Shown: in pieces, positions 1 to 12,600 of the stretch | Layout: each line of letters starts with the position of its first letter | How positions within the stretch are numbered: the first letter of the stretch is position 1 | The notes under the pieces: generated by a model | Databases searched by the model: none | What the model saw: the letters and a program-made list of their open reading frames with translations, nothing else | Told to the model about the DNA's origin: nothing | NCBI RefSeq assembly: GCF_000002075.1 | Contig: NW_004797288.1 | Location: 1,551,787-1,615,359 of the forward strand | Source of the DNA: Aplysia californica | Lineage: Eukaryota | DNA: 63,573 nt | Reading direction: 5' to 3' | Program-made: the position numbers and the translations under genes

Positions 1-1120
1 TGTCTGTAATAATGGCCAAATAATTGAAAAAATGCAGTTTTGGTAAAGAAATGACAGTTAATAAATTGTCACTACAGATAATGAATGCACAAGTTATGAG
101 GCCACTAATGTATAATTTGAGGCGTTTGATTTGAGAGTTTCAGAATAAGGGTCATTGAATAAAAAAGTCAGCTTACTCCAAAAACAGCCAATAAATGAAG
201 AATGTGATAAGTAGATCCAATCTGAATTTCTACATAATATCCAAAAGCATACAACGAAATTGCAAGAAGCATATGAAGAAATTAGAACAGACTGTGTGTT
301 ACTTATAATAGGTACCAGAAACTAAATTTTCAAAGTAGCTGTATGCCAAATTTATCTGTTCCATATATAAAAGGCCTATATCTCATGAGAATTTCAGTAC
401 CATTCTTTAACCTCAAGCCGCCCGACCACGCACGGCTTCACTTTCCACGGCGATTCTCCAGCTCCTAATAATCGGACATATAAACAACTTACACCACTGA
501 AACGAGGAAAAGCTGAACTTTTACAAGGTGTACAGCATTTGGTGTTTTATAGCGAAAGAGCAAAGAAACAGCAATCTGAATACCCTGATTTCACCCATAC
601 CATGTGCTCGGAAAGATGCGAGTGCCCGCGAGGCCGTGTTTACGCTACCTACTTATAATGTTTATATCTGGAACACCATTTGATAGACTGGCAAATCACC
701 TCGTCGAATTCAAAACATTAAAGTTTAACTCTTTATCTTTGAAGGAGGTAAATCCACTACGTCGGGGCCCTTTTTGGTGCTTAATCTAAAAATGACAAAA
801 ATGTCATTAAAAGGGTTATTAAATCGAAACTAGCAAACCTATTTTGACAGTTTTTCATCTAATGAATGAACTTTCAGTATAAAAGACCTGTTTTTGGAAA
901 TTGCCGAAAAATAATTTGATGTCGAAGTCGTCGTAAAGGAGGGTTCCTGCCATGAACTTCCCACCAAATTCAAGGAGATTTCAAGGACGTTTCAAGGAGA
1001 ATTTTTTTTAAATTCAAGGAGATTTGGTCAAGAAATTCATGACGAAAGCCTATTTCCGACAGGCCTACACTTATCCGAAAGAAATCATAGTGTCGATTTT
1101 CCTACAAAAACTCTGTTCCT

Positions 1121-2444
1121 GGGTGACTGCCACCCCGGCTTCTCAATTTTCCAGGGGTATGCTCCATTTATATATTATATATGTAATATACACACAAACG
1201 CGCGCATGCAGGTAGGTACATCATATCCAGTCAAAAACATGTCAGTGTGGCACTGGGGTATAGCGTGACTTCAGTATTTCAGTCTGTTCTTTACTTATTT
1301 ATATTTTTTCCCTCATCATACTCGCACTACATATATAAAAATTAATTTGGTTTTGAGCCTGAGAAAAGGCCTAGAGCTAGAATATCGACTGTCAAAAACC
1401 AGTTTGGGTGTCAAGGTATATATAATAAACGTGAAAGCCAAACTCAAAGTAGAGTAATAACTTGAATGGCTCAAGAAGACCTATTCAGTGTGAGAGGTGT
1501 AAGAACTGTGGGAGGGCAAGAATATGCAGCGACACTGAAAATCTACGAATCTTGAAACAGAAAGCTAAAATATAGAAAATACAAGACATGATGTAATTTA
1601 CTATCACTCACAAAATGAAACGGGAACCCTTCAGTTAAGATAAAACACGGCTTACAAGGTTTGAGTATGAGTATGACGGATCCCGATTCCACACAAAGCC
1701 TGCACCAACCCGCACTTTGCAGAGAGCTCTAGATCTAGAATCTAGTAGTAGTCAAAATTCTGAAAAGTAAAATCTACATCCAAGTTCAGTTATCGTCATC
1801 CGGTGTTGCTTTCAACCCCATCCCCTCCCCCCCTTGCGTCTAAAAATAAAAATCTATAATCCCCCATTCCCGAGTCCTATACTTTGAGGCGCTCAGACTT
1901 TGAATGAACTTAGGTGACCTCACGTCGATACTCACGATGTGATGCGAACAGACGAACCTGTCACGAAAGCGAGCCCGACAAGACGCTTGTATAAAAGTGA
2001 CAGCACAGGACAAATGACTTATTTTCACGTTGACACAGCGTTTGTAATGCTCAACCTGCAGGTTACAAATGTTGCGTTGTCACTATTATCAGACTACTAC
2101 CGGCAAATTTCTGGGTGGTAACGAAAGCAAAAGCAGATCTTGATTTTCCCGATCGAGCTTTGGTAGGGGCCCCATTACTCATACTCTTCCGTTTGCCGCC
2201 ATAGCCGCCTGTCCGCGTGTAACGTACTCTCAGGCCGGGAAAAGTCAAATATCACAATCGCGACCGGCAAAAATGAACTCAAGGACATTATCGGATTCGG
2301 TTTTCAAGTATTCGAGAAATTTATATATTTTCCCAGGGCAATTTACAGAGATTTCTTCAAATTCCTCGGGCATTCCCGGGTCTCGGCAATTTTTTTTCAA
2401 ATTTCTGGGTAATACCCGGGGGCCCCGGGGCCTGGCAGTCACCC
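1121..2444. mobile_element. Nested TIR element
   Basis: Perfect 12-bp TIR GGGTGACTGCCA / TGGCAGTCACCC and subterminal CCCGGG-type repeats. Confidence 0.65.
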
Positions 2445-2460
2445 TCTGTCCGATCTGGCA

Positions 2461-2545
2461 AAATTCAAGGAGTTTTCAAGGAGGTTCCTCAAATTCAAGG
2501 AGTTTTCAAGGGGGTTCCTCAAATTCAAGGAGTTTTCAAGGAGAT
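2461..2545 (+). repeat. 30-bp tandem repeat, about 3 copies (AAATTCAAGGAGTTTTCAAGGRGGTTCCTC)
   Basis: Direct reading; subterminal part of the hAT-like element. Confidence 0.85.
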
Positions 2546-2695
2546 TTTTTCCTTGAATGCAAATTCAAGGAGTTTTCCAGGACTCCTTGAATTCAAGGAG
2601 GCCGCGGGAACCCTGGTAAAGGAATGTGCCCAAGCGGCTCACCGAGCTGCTGAGAGTGGCTTGCCGGAGATAAGGAGTTAACACATCTGACTTAC

Positions 2696-2818
2696 TTTTT
2701 GTCGCTCTCTAAAGACTGGATTATTTCTTCCTTCTCTTTCAGGAGCAAACGCAGGTACTGGATCTCCCGGTCATATTCCTTTTTCTGGCTGACAAACGCC
2801 TCATCTTGTTCCTTCATC
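2696..2818 (-). CDS. CEP89: CEP89 exon 21 (MKEQDEAF...LESDK); last exon in window
   Basis: CAG/GTAAGT, 123 nt, phase 2 to 2. No stop codon, so the gene continues beyond position 1. Confidence 0.9.
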
Positions 2819-3608
2819 CTGAAGTTTGTCCCAAAAAAGTATATTGTATGAACAAATGTTATTCTTATTAATAATGTTCTACACAAAGAATACCCTACTA
2901 TATTCTTATTTCTGGAGCTCAGCTCTCAAGCTTTATTGATCAGTACAAGACCCCTGAAAAAATAAACACAAATTTTAAAAATTCCCATAAAAACGGCTGA
3001 ACGTGTAAAAAATGTGAACTAAAATAAATCTCTAAATATTTTATCTTTAGTCAGTATCAAAATATCATATAACCAACAGGAACAGGGTAGTTTCTGAGCT
3101 CTTCTTCAACCATAATAAGATGTTGAAAATTTTGATTAGGTGCTGACAAAATGTTTCACAGCCCCAACTGTCTTGTAAATACAACAGTGTACATGCCCTT
3201 GAGGAACATCTCTTACCTGTCAGCGACTGTGTTGATTTTCGCTGATGCTTTCATTCTGTAAAGCTAAAAATAAACAGATCATTTAAGATAAATTCTCAGC
3301 ATGAAGGTCTAAGAACAGAACACATATTTAAAATTTAAAGTAAATTGAAAGAAACTTAATTTCAATATGTCTTTAAAATAAGATCATGGAAAAGTGATCC
3401 TCTGACAACACTGGCACATTAATGATAATTTATAAATGCATGCAGTCTTTAACATAAATTCCACATTTTGATAAAAACATTCGTCTCAGCTCAGACGCAA
3501 AAATTTTAAGTATATTTTTATTTACCACAGATAACACAAGAATATTATTCTTAGACACTTTTGGCAAGAATAACTTAGCTTGGCAGTTAATAACGATTGA
3601 AAATTAAC

Positions 3609-3639
<31 letters not shown>

Positions 3640-6600
3640 GAAGTTGAAAAACCTTGAGTTTTTCTTCCAGTTTTCCCACAGCCACAGAGCCAAGCATCAT
3701 TTTGTTGACCGTCATCTTGTTCTCTTCCTGCTGCTCCCGTGCCTGCACAGACAAAAACACACACGACATAAACAAAAGAACATCAGGATTTTACATCTCT
3801 GCTTCTAAAGCACTAAAAAATAATCTTCAGGAATGTAATATAGATATATACAATAATAGTAATAATAGAGGTAAAAATAATAGCACAGAAATAGAACAAG
3901 GCAGAAAAAGGGGAAGTGGGCCACACGAGTGAGGTCACTCATCACTTTGGTGGGAGCTGTGCTAGGGTTTTCTCGTACGTTTTTTGGTGTTACTGTTGTC
4001 TTACTCCTTGACATCTCGTACAAAGACCATGTTTCAAATGCTGAGGCACGGAACAGAATCACCAACGCAGGTGGGCAGTATGAAGATCTACTGACCGCAG
4101 GGAAGAGACGAAATTAAGATGGTATGGGCATGTCACAAGATCCACAGGACTTGCCAAAACAATCCTACAAGGAACCGTACAAGGAAAGAGAAAGAGAGGA
4201 AGGCAGAGAAGGAGATGGGAGGACAACATTACAGAGTGGACAGGAAAGACGATGGGTGACAATCTGAGGAAAGCAGAGGACGAAGATAAATGGCGAGAGC
4301 TTGTTTTCAGATGCAGTGGTGCCCCCATGGTTGCCCCAGCCACGGGATAGAAGAAGAAGAAGAAGTTGTCTTAATCTTAACAAGAAACAAGGGCCAAAGG
4401 CAGAAGTACAGTGGGCCGTTGCTGAGACCAACATGATGTTCCTGTTATAGTTGAACCTCGTTTTAAACAGGGATCAAGTTTACATCATACATTATAACTA
4501 ATGAGTAACACATGGGATCGCACATGAGATTTTCTTGGGCAGGTGGTCATTAGAGCAGATTTCACTGTATTTATATCCTTAGCACGATGTAAAACATGGC
4601 CCATATACATGAAAGACTCGGCTGGAATCTCCATTTACAGGATTAACTTGTCTGTAATAAAAATATTTTCTGGAGCAAAAAGGAAATATAAGGGAAATGT
4701 ACATTAAATAGATTACCCACTACCAGTTTATCAGTTATTTCGTCTTTCTTTTCCAGTGATTTTTTTTGCTCCTAATCTTTCTTTTTCTTGTCCCTTAGTC
4801 TCAAGGAGGTTGACTAGACATCACTTGAGATGCACAGGTAGCCTAATAAAAATAATAGTTGCATTTATTTAGCACATACCAAGCTCCATAACAGGCTCTG
4901 TGCACTTTTTGTCTATTTGCAATCAAATGGTCCCCATTAGGTAAAAGGAACACATACAGATCTACAGTAGATCAAGCGCCAAGTGCCTACTTTTCATTCC
5001 ATTACGTTCCTGTTACAAGTCTTGTTGCCTTGTTATATATATTTATTTATGCTTGCACATATTACACATAAATTATTATAATCCAAAAGAAGTGTCTTCC
5101 CTTATGTCTTTCATGATGCCCCACATTCTTTTCTTTCTTTCAGAGCTTACACTTAGAGCACTCCCTATTGTGTATACCTACCACTTTGTACACAGTGTCC
5201 CTCTCCAGTGCTGTCTTCTCAGCCTGAGGAAATGAACACGACAACTGTAAGTGAAAGGCAGCTAAACAATCAATTTTTAATGAGTAAATTAATGTTCAAG
5301 ACTGAAACCTCTTTGTTTGGTAGCTCTTAATGCTCCTTTTCACGGCAAAAATCTACAGCACTATTACTAGTAATAATATAATACATACTACTACTCATCA
5401 AAACTCACGCAGTCTGGCATGTAGGCCTACAAAGTGAAATTAGCGGGATGCAGAAATCTTTTTGTAATGTACAAAGTTTGCTAGGTAGAATCTAAGTATG
5501 TAGAATATACATAATGTATAAGAGAAAATTCAAGACTTGAAAATCTACTTGCTATGGGCTTGTTTAGATATGTGCGTGCTAGACTGAGTATACCAATAAG
5601 AAGAAAAAAGGGGCAAGATGACACATGCACAACTCCAAAGTTTCTTCTCATTTGAGGAATAGACCTACTCTATATTAAAGAACTCTGATATAAAAAAAAA
5701 ATAAAGATAATAATAAAACCAACCATAGAGAGTGAGGACACAACTCAAAATGAAACTGTACTTGCAAAAAAACAACAACTGGAAGTCACACATTGTACTA
5801 TACAATACAGAATTACTCTATCAAGAAACTATTCTTTTCTGATTTGATGAAGCCCCCTCACCCCCATCCAAAAAGGAAGTAAAAAATTATGGTAATTATA
5901 CAATCTTATAGAGCAGTAAGTCACGGAAACGAAAAAACAAAGTAATAATAATGATGTCTAGTTCCCAAATTTCTATAGCAAGTATAAAAGCAGTGCCAGG
6001 AAGTTACTTACCACTTTAATGACATTTGCAAGCTGTTCCTGTGTGATCATTTCTTTGTCTTCAGAAAGTTCTATAGCTCTGTGAAGGACTGTCATTTTCT
6101 GTTGTGCATGCCTAGAAATAAAGCATTGCAATATGTAGCCTGCACACTTTACGCAGTTAGATAATAGAGACTTTGATTTTTTTAACAGGAAGTCATTCAT
6201 AGCGTGAGGTTTTTCAATCAGCAATGTCCCATAGGTAAGAAATTGTAAAGTCAGTAGAAGCTTATAAAAATGCTATATAAAAATGTAGTTTCTGATTTGT
6301 ACTAACATTCAGCACCAATTTCAAAACAATGAACTGAACTAACAACCAATGGGTGGGAGTGAAATACGTGAAGCACCAGAATTCCAGACACCACAACTTA
6401 AATGCTAATATCACACAACGTCTTGACTCAATTATCTCAGCCATGGGACAAAGTAATTAACATGACAAAACAGAAAAAAATGTTTATGAATTATTAAACA
6501 TTTTCCGAGCCTACAAAATTCTTCCTCATGACCCCTTTTGATGGATATTCATTATCTTTCGTACAACATCTTTCATTTGGGACTACTCTCCTCTAAAGAA

Positions 6601-9600
6601 AGACCTAAACCACTATACTTTTGGCAGCGAGACTCCAAGGACAAAGACAGAATGAAAAAAATTCTGCAAGGAAACCTGAGTCTGACTGCCACACTGATTC
6701 CAGTATGCAGGGGTATCCTGTTCAAACAATAGCTACAGGACATACACAGAAGAGGGAAAAAGAACTCACTTGACTGACTTTTGCATTGTTTTCACCTCAG
6801 CCTTCAGTCTCTTGTTTTCTGCAGTGATGTCCACCATCTGCATAGCTTGACTCTTCCTCTCCTGTTCTGATGCCTGACAAAATATTTTACACCATTCAGT
6901 CTCATAGTCAGGGTTGAAATTTATGTTTCATTTTTGGTAGTCCTACTTCCTAAGATATGTTTAGTTTTAGTAGAGGTTTTACGTGCTCTCAACTGCATTA
7001 GGTCATACGAGCGCCAGAAGATTAGAGGTGTTACAAGAGAGTAACAAACATAAAAAAGAAGGAGGGGAGATAAGGACGATAGATGTTTGATAGGAAAGAA
7101 GAAGCAAACCACACCAGAGCACCCGCCAACCACCCACTTCCTACAGTAAATTTACCGAACAACAAATGATAATAATAATAATAATAATAAATAGAATTTG
7201 TATAGTGCATTTCCACTCTCGACAGCAAGCTCTATGCGCTTTACACTATATTATTACCCCATCAGACCATAAAACACTCTGAAACATTTTCAGCTTCCCC
7301 AGGAGCATACAATAGAAAGATTATTTGATCAGGCTTTCATTTTTAAGTCAAAGTGATACAAATGAAGAATACATTCACTTGATGGAGAAAGAAAAATGTG
7401 TGAAATGGAAAGTAAAAAGACTTGCTTGTACAACCAAATATCCAATGCATTATATACTATAGGGCCTACACAAAAAAGTAATCAAAAACTGCAGTCACAT
7501 GGCTCACAGTACCAATCAAAAGCATTTATAAAATATCTCTCTCCCATTCCAGGTCATATATATAAAGGAGGAAGAAAAAACAACAAACATAAAAACCAAG
7601 GTTATTTCTCTAGGGAAAAGTTCAAACCAAGGGTTTGAAGTGACAGGCATCTCTTCAATTTTATTTCAGCAAAGAAGCAATTCAACAATGTCAACTTCAC
7701 TGATCAAATCAAATGTGAAAAATCTATTAACACAAAACTCAAACTCGGACAGAGTTTAAAAAAATAACTCTCAGATCAGTTTACAACAATATATGATGTA
7801 ACTAGCATGAGAGTAATGCAGGGCAAATAAACAGTGACAAAATGGTAGTTGGAAAGTAGATAAAAAACCTCAAAGTACCTGAAGCTTTACACGAATGGAA
7901 TCAACCTCTCTTTCGTATTGCTCCTTCTCCTCTGTGACAGACCTATAGAAGAAAATATGAACATGAAAACATATGACATATGCTGTGTACTACCTTAAAT
8001 GATGAATAAAAAGAATACCGTCTCTCATGAAAATAATAAGTACACAACAAGGCCCTGATACCTTTCCTATGAGGAAAAATATAGTGGGGGTCTCCTTAGT
8101 CTGAAATCTGCAAAAACGTCAGATTTGATTCGGTTTAGCCTTGTTTATGGTCTAGACAGGATCTCAAATGGCGATGACTGTCTACTATGTAGAGTTAGGG
8201 ATGCCAAGTTTGAGGCAAATTTCATATTAATTATATAAAAGTTTTGTTTGTTTTTCTTCTCATCTATCTTTTTTAGGAGGGAACGATGGCGGAGCGGTTA
8301 GTGCGCTGGTCTCCGAAGCGGAAAGTGTGGGTTTGAGCCTCAGTTCAGACACAGATTTTTTTGGGGACTTCGAGTTGAGGAAGTAAAGGCGGCCTGGAAA
8401 GGAACTGGCCACCCAACCACAATACGCCGAAGGCAAAGGAACTGGCTGGCCACCCAACCACAATACGCCGAAGGCAAAGGAACTGGCTGGCCACCCAACC
8501 ACAATACGCCGAAGGCAAAGGAACTGGCTGGCCACCCAACCACAATACGCCGAAGGCAAAGGAACTGGCTGGCCACCCAAACACAATACGCCGAAGGCAA
8601 AGGAACTGGCTGGCCACCCAACCACAATACGCCGAAGGCAAAGGAACTGGCTGGCCACCCAACCACAATACGCCGAAGGCCCAGAAAGTTGTCTTACTAA
8701 CAAGGCAATCTCTAATCGGATGCGGAAATAACTTTACTTTTTAAATCTTTTTTTTTGTCCTTGCTATCTGACTTGCGGGCTACATTGTGCTTTCTCTTCA
8801 ATATTGTCAACTTGCTTAATTTGCTGAACAGTCACACAGAAAAGACAAAAGAGTAGATAGGCACATTGTACTGCACTTTGCGTTTGTCTGGAGAAGTGAG
8901 AAATCCCAATGCCTGTGATGTCATAAAACACACCACATGCCATCACATGTTCACATGTAGGGTCTTTAGGATTTAACTTTGTAGAGACAATAGGCAAAGG
9001 TTGTGCAACTGACGTACATTCGCTATCCTTGCATCACGTGGCCTATACATGGGCATTCAGTCACATTCCTGAACGTACCAGGGTAGAGCATGTGATTGCT
9101 AAATATACACTATATGCTTAAAGTATAAGTATAAAGGGAGGGATTGGAGGGCGCCCCTGATCAGTCCTTCTTTTTTTCCGTTCCCTCTATTGTTTCTGTC
9201 TGTTACTTGCTTTTTCCCAGCACTAAAGAGCTATTATTGCGCTGATGTGCTTCTCTTCACATTAGTAAATGAACACTATTTAATTCTAATGGAATGATAG
9301 GACTCACCGTTTCAGATCTGCCAGTGTATTGATATGTGAGTGAACGTCTACTCGAGCCCCTGACTCCATGACTATTTGGTCATGTTTATGTTTCATTTCC
9401 TTGAAGCGAACTCTTACTTCCTCCACCTCTCTCTCTGTATCTGCCTTCTCCCCTTCTGATATCGCCAATTTCTTTGCCAGTCTTGAGACTGTAGAAAAAA
9501 ATAAAGTGAAAAAATAACAGCATCTAGGGAGTGCAAATAATATGCTTACAATAAAAAGATAATGTTAAAATGTTGGTCTAAAGACTTTAATCTATTTCAA

Positions 9601-12600
9601 ATGAAGGCACACATGGCTCCAAACATTTGCCCTGGCCAAACTTGCTCATTTTAATCCAACCCTGAAAAGCAAGGTCTTCTCAAGTGCAAAAATTTGCCAA
9701 AATTGAGGAATTATAATTATAATACCATTAGAACTGAATTACACACAATACTGAATTGTGTAGGTTCTTCATCTAACATGAAAAATGAGGACACAATTTA
9801 AAAAGACATATCATATTAAACATTACAAAAACACTTTAAAAAACAAAAAACTTTCTCAAAACAATGGTAAAGCCACACTGACAACATAGTTGTTACGGGC
9901 TGAATTATCTATCTCAGCTCTTAGGTGGACAAACAGCCTTGTATGCTTAATAAAGTTTAAAAAAACACACAACAACCTTTGTCATTATTCTCTTTTCCTA
10001 CTTTGACGGATATGGTTATAAAAACCTGCCTTACATAAACACAAAAGTCTGATTCATAGTTTCAATATAATACAGGCCCACACAATTGTAATAGGACACA
10101 GTTGAAAATAATCTAATAATCTAACAGGGACAAAATGTTTATTCAAAAGAAAGTGTTAGATTGGAGTCTACGGGGCAAGAGATCAACAGGAGTGCCATGC
10201 CGAACCTGGAGTAGAGTCACAAAGAATGAAGTACAGAAAAGTGGGAAAACATGGAACAATGTCAAAAGACTTTCCCAGGGTAGGGAAATGTGGAAAGTGT
10301 TTGTTTGTGGTCTATTCCCTGGTCCAGGGTAAGAAAGGCAATAATAATGATAAAAATATTAAAAGTATATTCTTGCAAAAACTTTACCTATTTAATGGAA
10401 AATATCTTCTAAATCAATTCTTTTCATAGAATACCTCTTCATTAGTTCCTGTTCTTCTATCATAAAGTTTCAGTGATTAATTGTAAATAATAGTAAATAT
10501 TTTAAGCCCCCATCAACATCATTTTTACCAGTTAAGAGTCCCTGCCAGTCAGGGTCAACTTGAACTGAGTGAAACACAATGTCCCTGCAGTCTCTTGATA
10601 AAATAATTTCCTCATGTGGGAACCGAATTCATGTCTTCTGCCTGCATTGGTGAAGAGCCAAAGCAATACACCACAGAATTCGGGTCCCTTCTGTTCTTCT
10701 TTCAGGAAAGATTTGAGCAAAATTTTTCCTGTCTTATGGGCCTCCATACAGATAACCTAGAGCCAGGTCGGTACAAAGATACAGCAGATGTCACACTGGT
10801 AAGAGATGGTCTGAGTAAGAGCGACTTGTATCTACTCACTCTCGGCCATATGCGCGGTGTACATGTCCTTGGCCTTGCTGGTCTGGACTTCCAGCTGTTC
10901 CATCAGCACCTGGTTCTCCTCCAGCACCAGACGGGCCTGCTCCTGCAGCTGTTGCCTGGGAAAACCACACGCACAAGGGGAAGAACTTTCAACTTCAGCT
11001 CCTCCTTAATAACTCCCAAAGTGTACTCTGACTACGGGTGTTTTGATTGATTGATCGATCGAGTAGGTGTTTTACGACACTATCCACTCAATTTTGGTCA
11101 TGTAAGTGCCAACAGGTTTTACTGTAACAATTCTATCATCATGTTATGTTTTAGTAAGAGTTTTACGGGGTTCACAACTGCATACGGTCATATCATCATT
11201 ATGTTCAAAGGACGGACAGACATTTATAATGAAGATCTTTGTAAATATGGTGAAGACTCTTATTTACATTGGTATTTACAATATTTATTTCAGTGTATGT
11301 ACATACACAGACAATGACAACAATACATTTCTATATCCTATCAAACAATCTTATTTCTTTCATAAAACTCAAAATTTTTTTCAAACTAACGAGGTCAAAA
11401 AGAGTTTTGACATCTTTACATCTGAAGTACTGTGGGTGTTATCGTAAGGTTCTTCTTTTTTTCTTTCCCTCTCTTGTTTCAGTTTGTCTGTCCTAGTGTG
11501 CGGGCACAGTGGAGTCGCTTTCCCCTCACCATCCCCTCACCATCACCAAACAGTCACCTGTTTGCCTACACTGAAATGTATTTGTGTAACTACAGTTGTA
11601 TGAGACCAAGTAGAAGCCGCTCAGTCTCCGCACCATCACCAACGGCGCACCAAAAATAGTTGGGGCTTGCTAACTTAGAGCAGCACTAAAACTGCGCAAT
11701 GAGAAAATTGTTGATCAGTGAACATGAAACCTGATGTTTTAATTGCTGCTGTCCAAAAAAGACCAGGTCTTTATGACAAGACTGATTCCAACTACAGCAT
11801 ACGCAGGCGCACACACACACAGAGAAATAATGTTGTTGGTTGTTGCTTGCATTAAAGTTGAAATCTAAACAGGGAGTACGATGATACCTTTCTGCGCAAT
11901 ATGGCAACTGCTCAAAATGCAGTATGTTTAACTTTATTGAGCGTTAAAGCACATAATATTCAGCCACGACATGAAACCTTCTCGAGAATGGAAATTTAAT
12001 GTTTCTCAAATTTGTATTTAACGCTTGGTAGCTCTTTTTCTGGTTGTTGCGATAGGTCGGTTCTGGAGTTGCCTAATTTTCCTCAATTTTGATCACGGTG
12101 GATCAAAGAACCTCATGGATGAGTATAAAATTATGACGGACTTTGATTGCCTTCACAACATTTGTAGCAGACTTAGGCTGCCACCATCTTGAACGGTGAC
12201 AGGGGAGGGGAAAGCGATTCCACTCTGTTTCCTCCTCCCACCTTCTTTGGTGTACACCAAAATGGTGAGACAATGGTGTGGGATGGTGAGGTGAATGCGA
12301 ATCCTTTGTGCCCGCATGCTTTCTCTTTCCTGTTACTAAATGACTGTTATTGTGTCAGGGTGTTTCTGTTTACTCAATCAAACAAAGAAACAAAACTGCT
12401 CAAGTATGGTCTCCTACTTATTAACTACTTTTCCAGTGTAAGTGCCTGCAGTTTTCATTTCTACTGTCATGGTATCAAAAGTAACCAGGAATTGAACAAC
12501 GAACTTTGATGGCATGAGAAGTGAGCTATATGGAGTAACTGAAGTCCCACAGTGTTGAATTGCACTTTGTTTTTACTGCAAGGTATTGAGTAATTTCCAT

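Larger units (their letters stand above)
941..2615. mobile_element. hAT-like non-autonomous DNA transposon containing a nested element
   Basis: Termini GGGTTCCTGC / GCGGGAACCCTG. Flanking 8-bp direct repeat GTAAAGGA (933-940, 2616-2623). Subterminal TTCAAGGA repeats. Confidence 0.7.

Noticed and set aside
1-2690. Terminal CEP89 exon
   Set aside because: No phase-2 exon resembling the conserved C-terminus was found; it is presumably beyond the window edge.
8280-8350. tRNA gene
   Set aside because: Only A/B-box-like motifs, no convincing cloverleaf, and it continues into a SINE body. The same applies to degenerate heads near 36620, 40390 and 56790.
8398-8680. CRISPR-like array
   Set aside because: Units are contiguous with no unique spacers, there are no cas genes, the context is eukaryotic, and it lies inside a SINE.
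8260-8703. Three overlapping minus-strand ORFs of 107-147 aa
   Set aside because: Artefact of a stop-free tandem repeat.
10616-11050. 144-aa plus-strand ORF
   Set aside because: Antisense shadow of CEP89 exon 13.
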